Below are positions 15,032 to 27,412 of a stretch of 54,672 nt of DNA, piece after piece. A program made the translations under genes and the position numbers. The stretch's first letter is position 1. Every line of letters starts with the position of its first letter. The notes under the pieces were generated by a model. That model was not told the origin of the DNA. It made no database searches and saw only the letters and a program-made list of their open reading frames with translations. This DNA is from Trypethelium eluteriae (lineage: Eukaryota): the NCBI GenBank assembly GCA_051942245.1, contig JAVECL010000096.1, forward strand, positions 1 to 54,672, in the 5' to 3' direction.

Positions 15032-16551
15032 GTTGAAGGTGTTGTTCACTATTGCAAGTAGAAAATTGAGTCGAGTGTAAATTCGAGAAAGGAGCAGTCA
15101 CAGGGTTCAGGAACGGCGGTGTGGGGAAGAATTGCAGTAGCTGGATAAGAGAGAATCCTTGTCCGTGGTTCGTCCGTGAACTTCCAAGACTCCCGGGCTG
15201 TAGTTGTCGTTGATAATGCTATGTACCTGGGACGAAACCTTGGGTGTACGGAGATTCCCAAATAGAGTCAGCCTCTGGCGGTAGCCGGGTTTTGAGGTAA
15301 ATGGTAAATTCCGGAGGTTTGGATGCTCAGGCCTTTGAGTACTTGAGGGAGTACTTAACGGCTGGAATTCGCTTCAGGGTCCAGCCCAAAGGTCGGTGGG
15401 CTGTCGGTGCATTCGCCAATCAGCGCGTTTCCGTGAACGGGCCCTCGGCGCCCGATCTATCTGCAACTACAACATGCTAATTACCTCCTTCGTACACGGT
15501 CTGATTTTTTTACATCCACTTTCTGAGCATCAGCTACCGCCAGACCAGCTGCGGCATACGGGTTCCGAGGCAGCTCACACCTTTTGGAATGTCCAACCCT
15601 GCAACATGTTTGCATTCTCTATCTGCTCTATGCTCCGTGTCTCCGTTGCCATGATTCCCCCATGGCAAAACTTTCAGAGGGCTGAGTGGCTTACACTGCT
15701 CAAACATTTCCGGCTCCTCCACGGTACCAGTCTTTGCCCAAGTCCCGTCATCTCACTTGTAATCTCAACACGCGTAAGGTGGTAGGTGCCTAGCAAATGG
15801 ATGCCTTGACTCTCAACCAATATCAAGTTCATGGCGGATCTGTCAGACGTGTCGGACTGACTAGACTTTCTTGGTGATGTTACGTCACCCTCGCGTGACA
15901 GTTGCGGTGTGGCGTCCCAAAGCCATGACTAGGTAGGTATCTCTCTCTACGGCCTGTCAAATTGACCAATGTGCTCAAGCAGGTTGAGGCAGATCTTAAG
16001 CTCCGTATCTCCGTTACATCTAGGCAGCTGCACAATCTCTTGGTTTCGAGATTCGAGACAGATCCACGTCTTCGATGTGTCATCATTGTGAGATACTGGC
16101 TTCAGCCATCCCAGTGCCTTCATTGTGGTGCACTTATTCATAAACATGCTTTGGTCACATTCTAGTGCGAACTCTTGAATAACACTTGTCTTGTTCCTGG
16201 ATTGCACTTCGGACCCCTGCACAGACGCTGGGGTTGCACTTCACTTCCCATATACCCTCCCCGCAAAGATATTTCATCACCATGGCAGCCTTCACTCGTT
16301 GATCTGCAATACCAACTTGCGCACATGCAAGAGCTACATATCTACAACGATACCACCTGGGGTTGGAAGAGCTAGGAAAAGCATGAAATGGGCATCTGAT
16401 GTGGTTATGAAGATCAAATTTGAACCATAGTCATATAACGTCAGAGAGGAGCATCGCTTGGAAAAGGTATAAGTCTGAAGTCTAACTTAAAGCTTTCATC
16501 AAAGTATGGTTGAGGCGGAGATATTATCCATTTCGAGGCTGAGCATTTATG

Positions 16552-16682
16552 GCGGAGTACACCGAGTACGCCGAGGACACCGAGTACACAATTCAGCGGC
16601 ACAGCACTCTAGGGTCAGCCTGATCTCCTTTGGACACCACTTTCCTCTAGCGTTCAGCTTTCCGCTAGCGTTCAGCTTTCCT
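16552..16682. repeat. Two short tandem repeats (9-bp x4 and 18-bp x2)
   Basis: GAGTACACC/GAGTACGCC/GAGGACACC/GAGTACACA at about 16555-16590; TTTCC(T/G)CTAGCGTTCAGC twice at about 16641-16681. Confidence 0.7.
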
Positions 16683-17296
16683 TTGTCCCAATTCTTTGAG
16701 TCAGTCTGACGGATCGGTCCGTAACATGTACACTTCATTACGAAAACGAGGCTAATGAATAGATCATGCACGGTGTGTAGGACTTGATTGGCTTCTGCTG
16801 CCTTTTCCGGGGAAAATAAAAGTAGTTTTCCCAACTCTCTTAAGAGTTCCCTGCTAGGATATAGCGGGTGCGCTCTCAGCGGCGCCACTGATCGACGAAT
16901 CATCTAGATCCTCGGCCGAACAAGGATTGATGTGGGATCTGCACGCGATACTGTACATACACCAACTTCTCACGTCGACAGGATTCTCGATTGGTGTGGT
17001 CACTGTGCCACCGTGCCGCTTCATGGGAACTACCGAAGATTCACATACCGAAAATGCTGCAATGATTCTGCGCAGATATATTACATGTACCGACACGTCT
17101 TCCCATAGTGGAATATCATACTCAGACGGCTAATGCTGTCTCACTTGCACACCCTGTGGCGTTGTTCCTGAATGGGTCTGCTGTTCCAAGGCCAAAGTAT
17201 TTTAGCTGCGCCGGTCCCTCAGAAAGCAAAGACGAGAGACTCTCCTTCTGTGGGCAACTTCACGTTTCAACAGCGACATCTAGATCAGTGACCAAG

Positions 17297-18720
17297 ATGG
17301 ATCTCGCACCACTAAGCGTTACCATAATTATTCTCTCCGTCATCTTCAGTTCCTTGGCGATTATCGCCGTTTGCATGCGCGTGGCAGCTAGACTCGTCAT
17401 GAGAAATCACTTTGGGGTCGACGATTATCTTATATTTCCCGCTCTGGTATTTCTGGTTCTCCGATTCTGGACCTTGCGCTCCTCTTTGGGCTCGTGAAGC
17501 TAATTGTGAAATTACAGATAGCGGCTCTGGGACTTGGTGCGGACACGATTGTCGGTGAGGTCTCTTGTTCACAGCTAGCAGGAGGAAAAGCCTTCCATTA
17601 ACGATTTACAGGAGCCTCACTGGGCAACCTTGGTGGACATACCTTGCCTCCTCCAGGCGGAGCCATTGTTCTGAACGAGACATTGATAGTCTTTTTGCGA
17701 GTAAGTCTATCATCCGCAGACTGCGTTCAGATCCCTATCTAAGTGTCCCGATAGACGGGCTTCGCTTCTCAGCTGCTGGCCATAGTTTGCTTGTGCTTCT
17801 CGAAGCTGTCCATTGTTTTCCTCTACCGGCGCATCTTTTGCGGCCGTACATTCCGTATATACTGCTGGATACTTATTGGCATCATCACAGCCTCGGGGCT
17901 TTCGTTCTTTTTTGCAGCCCTCTTCTCGTGCCACCCAATCTTACCGGGTTTCATTGGTCAACACGGCCGGCCTTGTCCCAGTTATAGCCCGGTATTCCTG
18001 GGTGCCGCCATTTCAAATATGATAATCGATATCATGATTCTGACGGCTCCCATACCAGTTATTTGGATGTTACAAATGCCAGTGCGACTAAGACTGGGTG
18101 TCACTGCTATCTTCCTCATGGGCTTTTTGTGAGTGGTCACCATCTTCGTGAATAATTTACCGCGCTAAGAAGAATGATAGCGTTACTGGCACTAGTGTTG
18201 CGCGAATTTATTTCTTCTACCAGGTTGTGAAGAAAAGTGCTTCATCCGTTGATCAAACATGTGAGTTATCAAACCAGTTGCGAAACTTCGGTCTTACAGT
18301 CTAGATATTTACGCTCCCGCTCTGTATTGGTCACAGCTAGAAAGCGCTAATGCGGTTGTCTGCGCTTGTCTCCCGACGCTCAAACCCCTGCTAAGGCACA
18401 TTGGTATCAATAGTGCCGTTCGTAGCCTGACAAGCAGGCTTACAGTGCCTTTCGTGGGAAAGAAACGCCTCAGAAACGCCTCGAATAATAACGATAACAT
18501 GTCTTTCCGTGATGGTTCTTCACTGGAAAATCTAACGTCTAAACGTGCTCAGGGCAATAAAAACTCCTACGAGATTGCAGCCAAACCCCCGGGAACAGCC
18601 GACAGCGACCAAGCTGTACCTTACGATGGTATTGGAGTTGGGATAAGCTTGACGACCTTGGCTCAAACATCTAGCCCACAGAGCTTAGACCCAGATCGAA
18701 AGGAACAACGAAAGCATTGA
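17297..18720 (+). CDS. PTH11-like (fungal rhodopsin-domain) GPCR-type membrane protein without CFEM domain
   Basis: Exons 17297-17446, 17518-17554, 17612-17700, 17755-18128, 18181-18260, 18305-18720. Family motifs R-x-x-AR..FGVDDYLI, SKLSIVFLYRRIF, DIMILTAPIPVIWMLQM, WSQLES..VVCACLPTLKPL. Confidence 0.88.
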
Positions 18721-21700
18721 CCTCTAAATGAGATCTCATCGAACCACGTTGGTCAGCAGTCCAGTTTGAAACCCGAGACAACCGACCGGACTAGATTCCT
18801 ATGCTGTGCTAAACGGATCGAAAGAACGGGCAAGTGAGCCACAGCACACGATATCTACAGCCCAAAGACATGAGAGAAACATCCTTGACAGTCTTAAGTA
18901 ATGGATTCTCGAACGTGGTGCCAGCCTGGTCTGGCTGGACATGTTCATTTCAGACTTGACTTTACCAATCAACAAATACGAGAAAGCTTATTGACGAGAA
19001 AGCCCCCTGCGCGTGCGCGTAATTTTCGAATTCCTGGGTGTCCTACAAAGTATTGGAAGAGTGCGGAAGTAAGATCGAAACGAGATGAGTGTCTATCGAC
19101 TTCGATCACCGCGTTGGGAACACTTGTTGCTTACTGAGAAGCTCTTGTGAGCTAATCTCGATGGGAGCTCATCCACGCTGTAGCCGTTGCGCGAGTACCA
19201 CAGGCCCCTAGACTTATCGAGCAGCTACATCTCAATCACCCGGACCACGGCGGACGTTCTTCACGGAGCACTGTGCGTACCGCTCCCAATTTAAGGTCAA
19301 TACCGACTCCAGCGCTAGGTCCATCTTGAAGGATGCATTGACTGTCAGGGGAACTGTAGTGTACGGCTGAACTAAGGAGCAACGAGCCGGTCATAACGCC
19401 AGTATTCTTTCATTTTGAGGTATCCTCCCAACAGGGCAGTCAATCTTTATATATCATCCTCTGTGATACGACTCTGATTCCAATACCATTTGGGCCTATG
19501 GATATCGGTGAGTGACATCCGAGCAAAACCAGGTCTAGCATTTCATTGACAAGAGAAAAGCAAAAAGTGTGTGGTTTCGCAGTTATGGTGATGCAGCGCT
19601 GGTTGCGCAGGGAAAAGAATGCCTGAGCCCGACCTGCGGATGTGGAGGCTAGAATCCAGTCCAAGGGTGGCAAAGTGCCCAAAGGATCGAGATGCGAATT
19701 CCTGAAGGGAAGGCGGGAACCTGGCTCTATGATTTCATATATCGAGCAACTGGGATTTATTTTGCAGAACCTGTACGGTAGGTCAGGGGAATGCTGCAAA
19801 GATTCAATAAGAAAAGAAAGAACGGGATGCAAACAATACACACTCTATCTGAGTAGCCACAATCTGTTCTAGAAATCCCCATGGACCGGCCATGCATATG
19901 TTGGAAAAACAACTCCTAGTAATGCGATCTTCATCTGGTGATAGACTCTTGACTTGTGGCAGTACAATCCCTTGACTGTTGATCCGCGACGAACTACCTT
20001 ACCTAGTTTGGCATTCCCTTACGCGTTATATGTCGTCATCGATTCAAGCGGAGTAAATGCTTGGTCGTGAGAAGGTAGATTCTGTAGGGTTTTAGCTAAT
20101 TGACCTTATGTGGTGCTGTATTTCCCCGCGACTCGACCAGAAATATGCCAGCATCTCAAACACTACCATCTGAATTCAGCTTTGTCAGAGCGGTTAAATT
20201 CTGGTCATGCCATGCTAGCATAGTAACATCTGTCTCTAAATCTCCAGATCTGTAGAGAAAAAAAAGGGAAAGACCAACCTCTGTAAAATTTCTTAAAAGT
20301 ATCAACATCTCTTCTTTTACTTTCTAATTTTTTTGGGCTTAGTATTTTGCCCTCAAGAAGGTAAGCGTAAACAAAAATGAGAAAGAGAGACACTACATAT
20401 CTAGTAATAAGATTCTTCTCGGAGTTACTAAATAGTTGATCTTTGATTGCTATTTCATGAAACTTGTAGTGGAAGCTTGACGTTGACGGTTATAGAGATC
20501 TGGCAGGACAAGTGGCGTCCGGAAAGTTATATAAGGTACCTAAGGCTATTCTCTACTTAGCCTGATCATATGATTCAAAATTCCCGTCGACATTATTTCC
20601 AAATTCTAATGAAATGGACTTATGAAGACTACCTAGCCGAACCGACCATTACCTGCAATTAGACACGAGCGTCCGGCCGCATTCATGCGTTTCCTATCCA
20701 TGACGCAACGAGCCAGGTCGGAGTCGGAACACACAAGGTGCAAGGCCTCCATACAAGTTAATTACACCAAGTCATTGGAGTATGAAGACTTTGCTATGCA
20801 GCACCAGGACAACCACCCTCCAACGGATCCTCGCTAGTTATCGATATGGTCGTCTACGGATTGGGAGCATGTGGCATGCTCGAACGCTCTTCAATCAAAC
20901 CTTGATATTTGGATGTTTAGAATATTTTAGCTCTTGGCGGATAAAGGAGAATTTGTAAGGTGGACGTCTTCGTGATCCCTGCCTCACAGAATAACGAGGG
21001 TAATCGGCCATTCTGGACCTTGTAGGTCGGAAGAAAATGGGATGCCAAAGTACATGCCAGATTGAGACAATAATTTAACAAAAACTTCGGCCTCGGCTAT
21101 GGTCGTAGCTTTGCAGATTGCAATTGATTGGACATTCGGCGTCGGACGAAAACGACCTTGCTGAGCAGAGACAGAGACGAGCCGTCGAACCAGCCCAGGA
21201 TGCATATGAAGAGCCAAGAAATTCTTCCGAGCCCAGATAGCAAACATTGAGACAATCAAGCTGGCTCGCCACCCTGCAAACCCTGTCACAAACAATGCGC
21301 CTTCCTTGCTGCCTTGAATGCGAGCAGAAATTCAATGAGTCTGAAGCGGACGGTGGGACGGTATGCAAAGCCACACCGCATGGTCTCCGAAAGGATTGTC
21401 CAACCGACAAAGGCAGCTACTCTGACAGGCAATCCGGGGTCGGTATAGACAATGACGTCGTGACCATCGAGAAAAATTCTTAAAGGATGACGATCTCCAC
21501 CTAGTCATTCAGTCACTTCATTCAGGCACCCAGGAATGATGGACGGGGAAAGTCAAGGAATCATCCAAGTGCCTCTAGGCTGAAGATTTTGGGCGATCTA
21601 TTCTTAATCCCGGCCTGTTACTTCGTAAAGCTCGAGTTATGAGACGAGAATCAGTGTGGTACCTTTCGCCTCAGCGATCACAGTAGGAACGCACGAGGCA

Positions 21701-22266
21701 ATGCTGCAGCAGTCGCTACCACCCTCCTGTTAAGAGAAACATGACCAACAATGAGGGGTAGGCCGTGGGGAAATGTCGTCAAGCGGGGGGGCGGCGTGGC
21801 CCCAATTTCTCACGACGACAAGAGCGATCGTGGAGTGGCCGGAGATCGAGCGTTGAATGGGTGCGTGCTAACAGGAGGCAACAAAAAATCACTCGACCGG
21901 CAGCCATGCCATGACCGCTTGTCATCGTCCACGTCTTCCGGCAGTGAAAGCGTTCAAGAGTCACCGAACGCAGTTCGTCAGCCGCGCAGGCTTAGGCGGT
22001 GCCAGCATGCCGTTCAAACCATTCACGCCCAGTATCTGCAACCAAGACCGTGGATGAGGGTGCGGCAAGCCGGAGTGCTTAGGTAGCCGTGCTGAGAGGT
22101 ACGCGTGAGCAGGTCACTGCCCGGTGGCCAGGTGTCTGCTCGTGGCTGCTCGTGGCTGCCCTCGCTGGTGGGTACGCCGTATTAGGTACTTGCCTAGGTA
22201 GGTAGCTAGGGCACGGAGGTCCTCTGGTACTCCGTCCTCTTGGTGCTCCGTAGAGGAGGGTGGTTC

Positions 22267-22293
22267 ATGATGATGATGATGATGATGATGATG
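22267..22293 (+). repeat. (ATG)9 trinucleotide microsatellite
   Basis: Nine perfect ATG/GAT units read directly. Confidence 0.9.
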
Positions 22294-23460
22294 TTGCTAT
22301 TGGGCAGGTGAGATCGGCTAATTACAGGCCAACTGGGAAAGGTAGAAGAGCAGAAAAGTGGAAAAGTGGGAGACGGTGGGAAGGAAGCCGCCAGTCCCGC
22401 TTCCTAACGGTATTCGTTATTCGTAATCTGGCTGAGGAGACACCGACACCGACGCCATCCGAGACAGTCAGAAACGAGTCTGGGAGCCAACCGGCCGGTA
22501 CATTTTTCATTCCCATCCCTTCCCCTTCGCTCCCTTCATCCACTCCACTCCATCCTCCCCTTCTCCCTCCAAGCCTGGGTGGATTGCTACCACATTCATC
22601 CACCGATCTCCCTCTTTCTCCCTGACAGGGCGAAGGCGTTCCCCCTTGCCGGCTGTGAACACCTTGTGCGCAGGCACCAAGCCCCGTTCATTATCCGCCG
22701 CTGCCGACTGAACCCTCAATCCCTCGGCTGTCAGTACACCCTCACCTTTTCGACACCTCGACCATTCCTCTCATCGTCGACGTTCATTGCCAATCCTCAC
22801 AGGCGATGCTATACCCTCATCAGTCGTCGTGTTGAACTGAGTGAATGCGCATCACGCCGCCTCCCTTTCCCTGCCGGAGATCCATTGGGCCGCGCAACGA
22901 GGTTGCAGAAAGAGTCTACTTTGCAGACGCACACAGCACTCGATCTTTTCTAACCTCGCGCGCGAGACGTATCTATTCACTTAGCCGCGTCTCACTGGCA
23001 GAATTTTCGCCTTGGTTGCAGCTCTAAGTTGGCAGTGCCAATCAAGAAACTGGCCAAACCTTAATGAAGGGAGCATCACTGATGGCTTGATTCACACCAT
23101 CGGCCTCCAAATCTCCGCCTGGCAAACGACTCACATCGCCACAACCCTCCTACTTTGGCTCTCACCGACCTGCTTTTCATTCTCGATACTCAACTTCCGC
23201 GGCACGCCACGATTGGTTCACGACCTCCAAACAGCATCTTCGCCTAGCAGTCCTCCTATTCGAAACAGACCTCCCTTGACTACAAATCTGGCATCCTGCT
23301 TTGCATGGTGACGCGCTGAGGACTCCATCTTGTGCGGTGCTTCGCCGAACTCTGGGCTCACCGAGAACAAGAGGAACGGATCGGCCAACGATTTTCTTGT
23401 CACCCAAGTCGGCTGATCTAGTAGTCCAGCTTCTTGTGGCATTCTTTCGCTGGGTAAGAG

Positions 23461-24899
23461 ATGCCCTCTTCTGCCCCACGCGCAGCAATGTCAGGTCAAC
23501 CTTCTCCTGCACCGTCTGAATTTGTGCCCTACAATGCCACCAACACCAACGGTCCCATAGGCCAGCCTCAGTTCCAGCCATCTACCTTTCCTACGTCTTT
23601 CAGCGCCGCTGGTTCGGAAGGAGGTGGATATGGAACTGTCGATCGCTTCAATCATGGTTCCGCGCTTCATCATCAACTGGGCATCCGCGAAAAGTTCCAT
23701 GACGCTGCTCACTTCAATGACGAGTCCAACAGGCTTGCCCCGCTGACCGGCTATCACGAGCCCATGGGCGCTCCGCTGTTGCCACCCATGCAAATAGTTG
23801 GGCGGGCTTCGGGTGATGCTGGACCTCAGGTTCATGGCCTTCCAGAGCAGCGCCCACAATCCGACCAGGAGCTGAATGAAGAGAGCGCTGCTGGTGGAGT
23901 TTCGCCAGTCCTTGACTATGAGATGGCAACTATGGTGACATATGTGACTGAAATGGCCCAGAAACTGTACGTCTGTGTTCGCCCCCAACATATCAATTTC
24001 GTAATGTTGACATGCCTTGTAGGATCAATCCCGCTGCACCTTCGTCAGCCTCGTTCGAGAATTGGGTTCGCCAAGTATTGGTAGCCACTAGATTGCCGTC
24101 TGCAACGATCTCGATGGCTTTCTTCTACCTCGCCGTCCGCATGAGTAGGATGGACAAATCACAGCACGACCTTACCGATCAAGCGCAGCTCTACAGGCTA
24201 GTCATCGTGGCTTTTATGCTGGGTAGTAAGTTTCTCGACGACAACACCTTCATCAACAAATCCTGGGCCCAGGTGAGCAAGATCGACGTCCACGAACTGA
24301 GTACTCTTGAACGGGAATGGCTTCGGGACATCGTCTGGACTCTTCACTGCGACCCTCACGCCGAGAACGGCTACAATGTGTGGCGTGATCACTGGAAGAC
24401 ATATGAGAAGGAGCTGGAGGCCCAAAAAGCATTATGGGCGCGGTGGCCGCTATACAATGCCCCTGTCCAACAGGCGCAATTAATGGACAGGGCTTGGCCC
24501 AATCCATCTTTGCATGCTCAACGATCAGGTAACTCGTCTTTCTCTGACTACGGAAACGCAATTTCCCAGCCGCTGTACCCGGCCAACAGCCTCGATCCCT
24601 GGTATCGTCGTTCTGAAAACCCTCCTTCGTCAACCATGTCTATGGGCTCTACGGGTCCTGAGCAATATGGTGGACCTAGTGTATGGGGTCCCCCTGGTTC
24701 TCGATACGGTGCTTCCCGATGGCCACAAGTTCAGTCTCAGCAAAACCGTGCCTACTCTCAATCGGCGTCTACGAATTATTCCCACCTGAATTCCTGGTTC
24801 GGCCACAGAAGTGGTTACAACAGTATGTACAGCTCTTCCAGACAGCCGATTTCCTATTTTGGCAATCCTGGGTATCGTATGCAGAGCGTCATGGGTTAG
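23461..24899 (+). CDS. Pho85-type (Pcl/Clg1-like) cyclin
   Basis: Exons 23461-23966 and 24023-24899 (intron GTACGT..TAG). GGVSPVLDYEMATM, cyclin box FENWVRQVLVATRLPSATISMAFFYL..AFMLGSKFLDDNTFINKSWAQVS..LEREWL..W.L. A possible alternative third exon 25271-25635 is described in findings. Confidence 0.88.
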
Positions 24900-25479
24900 C
24901 TTCCAGCAGAAGCTTTAGGCGCGATCGTGAATCCGGTTTGGGGCAATGCTTCAGCGAGGGAAGCCTTGCTGAGGCATGATTACTACATTCACATCATCAC
25001 GACGAGGCTTTGAGTCTCGAGAAAACCATTTACCCTCCCGAAGGGCCTTTCTTGCATCGAGGAAAAAAAGTCATCGCTTTATATTAATCTCTCCGTTTCG
25101 TACCTTTCTCGGGCCAGCCAGGAGGAGCTTTGCGGCCGCTCGGGTCGCTATTCATCGGCCAGTCCAACGACCAAACCCGTCTCATTTCTACGCCGCAGAT
25201 TCTACGATACGTTGCTATTGTTTTGGGTACCGATAGACGAGAGATACTAACGTTTTCCTTTTCTTTTTAGATCCTAAGCGCCGCTCCAAGTGGACGAAAA
25301 ATTCCAGGTCTGGTGTTTCAGGAGTCCACAAAAAATCTGGCTTTGTTTCGCGCTCTAAGCGAAGTGGATGTGGTTCTGGGGGTCAGGGAGGTTATCGCAA
25401 GCGTCGGAAGTCTCGTCGCAATGCTTACGGCAGCTATGGCAGTCACGCGGATCTTTACCGCTCTGATTGTGGAGGTCAT

Positions 25480-25617
25480 CAATGGCTTTCGCAGCTGGTA
25501 CCGTGTTTGCAAGCACCCTCGCAATGGCTATGGCAGCAGGTGCCGTGTCTCCTAGTGCCCTCGCAATGGCTATGGCAACAGGTGCCGTACTTACAAGCGC
25601 CCTCGCAATGGCCATGG
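25480..25617 (+). repeat. 42-bp tandem repeat, about 3.3 copies
   Basis: Units start at 25480, 25522, 25564 and 25606 (CAATGGCTATGGCAGCAGGTGCCGTG...CCCTCG). In the candidate cyclin exon frame it encodes (QWLWQQVPCLLVPS)n. Confidence 0.9.
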
Positions 25618-27412
25618 GGTCATTGGAAGAAATGAGACTACCGCTAGATAGGGGGATGAGTTTTCTGATCATCTGATTTTTCTCAATTTGTTTACCTGTC
25701 GGGTTTATGTTACATTGCGACTACCATTTGCTGCTTCTTGCTCTTGCACTTCCTTCTCATTTCTGCATCTTTGGGGTTCAGGAGGCTTTGGCGACACTTG
25801 TTTCTTCATCAATATTTCACATTAGCACGGGAAACTCCAAGGGACAGGCGTCAAAACATCATGGATGGATTAGTTGTTTCACAATTGTAATTCTTGGGGG
25901 CTTGCACTACGTTTCTTTATTTTCTTCATTCGTTGGGATTCCCCGATTAGACTTTGCTTTTTCATGTCTACAAGCATTTACGAGCATGGCGATGATATTG
26001 AGCTTTTTGAGATGGATGCATTTGGCAGTACTCTAACTCGGAATTATGCCATGAGCATTGCGGAGCGCTAGATATCTACTTATCACAAATCAAAGTTATT
26101 GTGATAGGGATTATTCTTGTCTTCGCGTGTTTTGTAGTCCTACCCCACATACAAAGGGGTTGTCGCGGCATTGATCCCACTTTTGTCCTTATAATATATA
26201 TGTCTGGTCAAGACAAGATCCCTCTACGAAAGATGCCTTTTCTTGTAGGTCGTACAGACGTCAGTGCGTGTACACATTTCATCCTGGTCTCTGGCTTCAA
26301 TTGCAAACACGATGAAAAAGATGACGTATCCTGGTCCCTATGGATTGTTTCAATTGCCCTGAGATCTCCCCGTTGTAGCCCTCTTTTCGTCAACGTTTTG
26401 TAGATCACGGTGCACTACGGAGTATTGTTCAACTTTTTGATCGTGGAAGCCAGTCAAGGCCACATAGTTGGGCTGTTGCTAAGCAAATTAACTTTTGGGG
26501 ATCCTTCGACGCCGGCAATTACCTTTGGAATTTCAAGATGTTGTACTCGCAGTGATTTGATAGGTATCCTCTAAAACGATCGAACATTGGATTTGAAGAG
26601 ATTACCGTATGCACGTATAACCTTAATATTTACTCGATATTATACAGAAATTTCCTTGATGAATCTTCAGAAAAGATGAGAAAAGAATGTAAATTCGAGT
26701 AGACAATCGTATAGGAAAGGGTGTTGAAGTAAAGCTTCACCACGTTTTAACTACCTTTAATTGATCCAAATACGGGCCTCGAAATCCGCAAATTGTTAAA
26801 CTCATCACTCAGGTTCAGATGTCCAGATGCAGATGACCTGGTGCCACTGAGCGCCTAGTCTGCCTTGTGTGATTTTGTCCACGTGCATCGAAGCGCTTTA
26901 TGAAATTCTATCGGACATCTGCTATGAGTGTAGGGAGTACAGTGCAAGGATTCACCATTAATTTCCAGACGCGATGGGCGATCATTGCAAGTAGTATTGC
27001 GATCATCTGATATCGCTTGATTGAGGTACCTTGTTCAAGTAGGATCCTTGGAGCGCGTTATCAAAAGCAAGATCAAAGACTGTGGGGTTTGCGTCTTTTT
27101 ACAAGCTGGTGGTGGTGATGGTAAGTGTATGCCGTTGCTGGGCCCAGCCACATATTTTGGTGGCTGGGGACCAGGGTGCGCCACTTTCAGGTGCCCTTCC
27201 CAACCACCCTACAACCACCTCAATTCAGCATCATGACGGTTACGTCCAGCCATTACGAAGCCCTGTAGGCTGGGAGATAAGTTCATAAAACTACCATGAC
27301 TGTCCGGGTAAGTGCAGCTTTCCTTCTTCACAATCATAACAAACTCCAACAAACAAAGGCCGTAATCCACGAACAAACACCTTCTCTTACTTCTACGTCA
27401 AAACACTCTACG

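Noticed and set aside
15396..17133. Several short ORFs between ERG13 and the PTH11-like gene
   Set aside because: No recognisable domain or consistent exon chain could be built.
10669..18720. Reductase + HMG-CoA synthase + PTH11-like receptor as a biosynthetic (siderophore or terpenoid) cluster
   Set aside because: ERG13 looks like the standard housekeeping copy, and no NRPS, PKS, terpene synthase or tailoring genes are nearby.
22267..22311. Poly-Met mini-ORF (M9LLLGR) from the ATG microsatellite as a cyclin uORF
   Set aside because: It lies upstream of the CT-rich core-promoter-like block, so it is probably not in the mRNA; a simple microsatellite explains it.
25480..25617. 42-bp repeat as a CRISPR-like array
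   Set aside because: Units are contiguous with no unique spacers, the genome is eukaryotic, and the repeat length is a multiple of three within an open frame.
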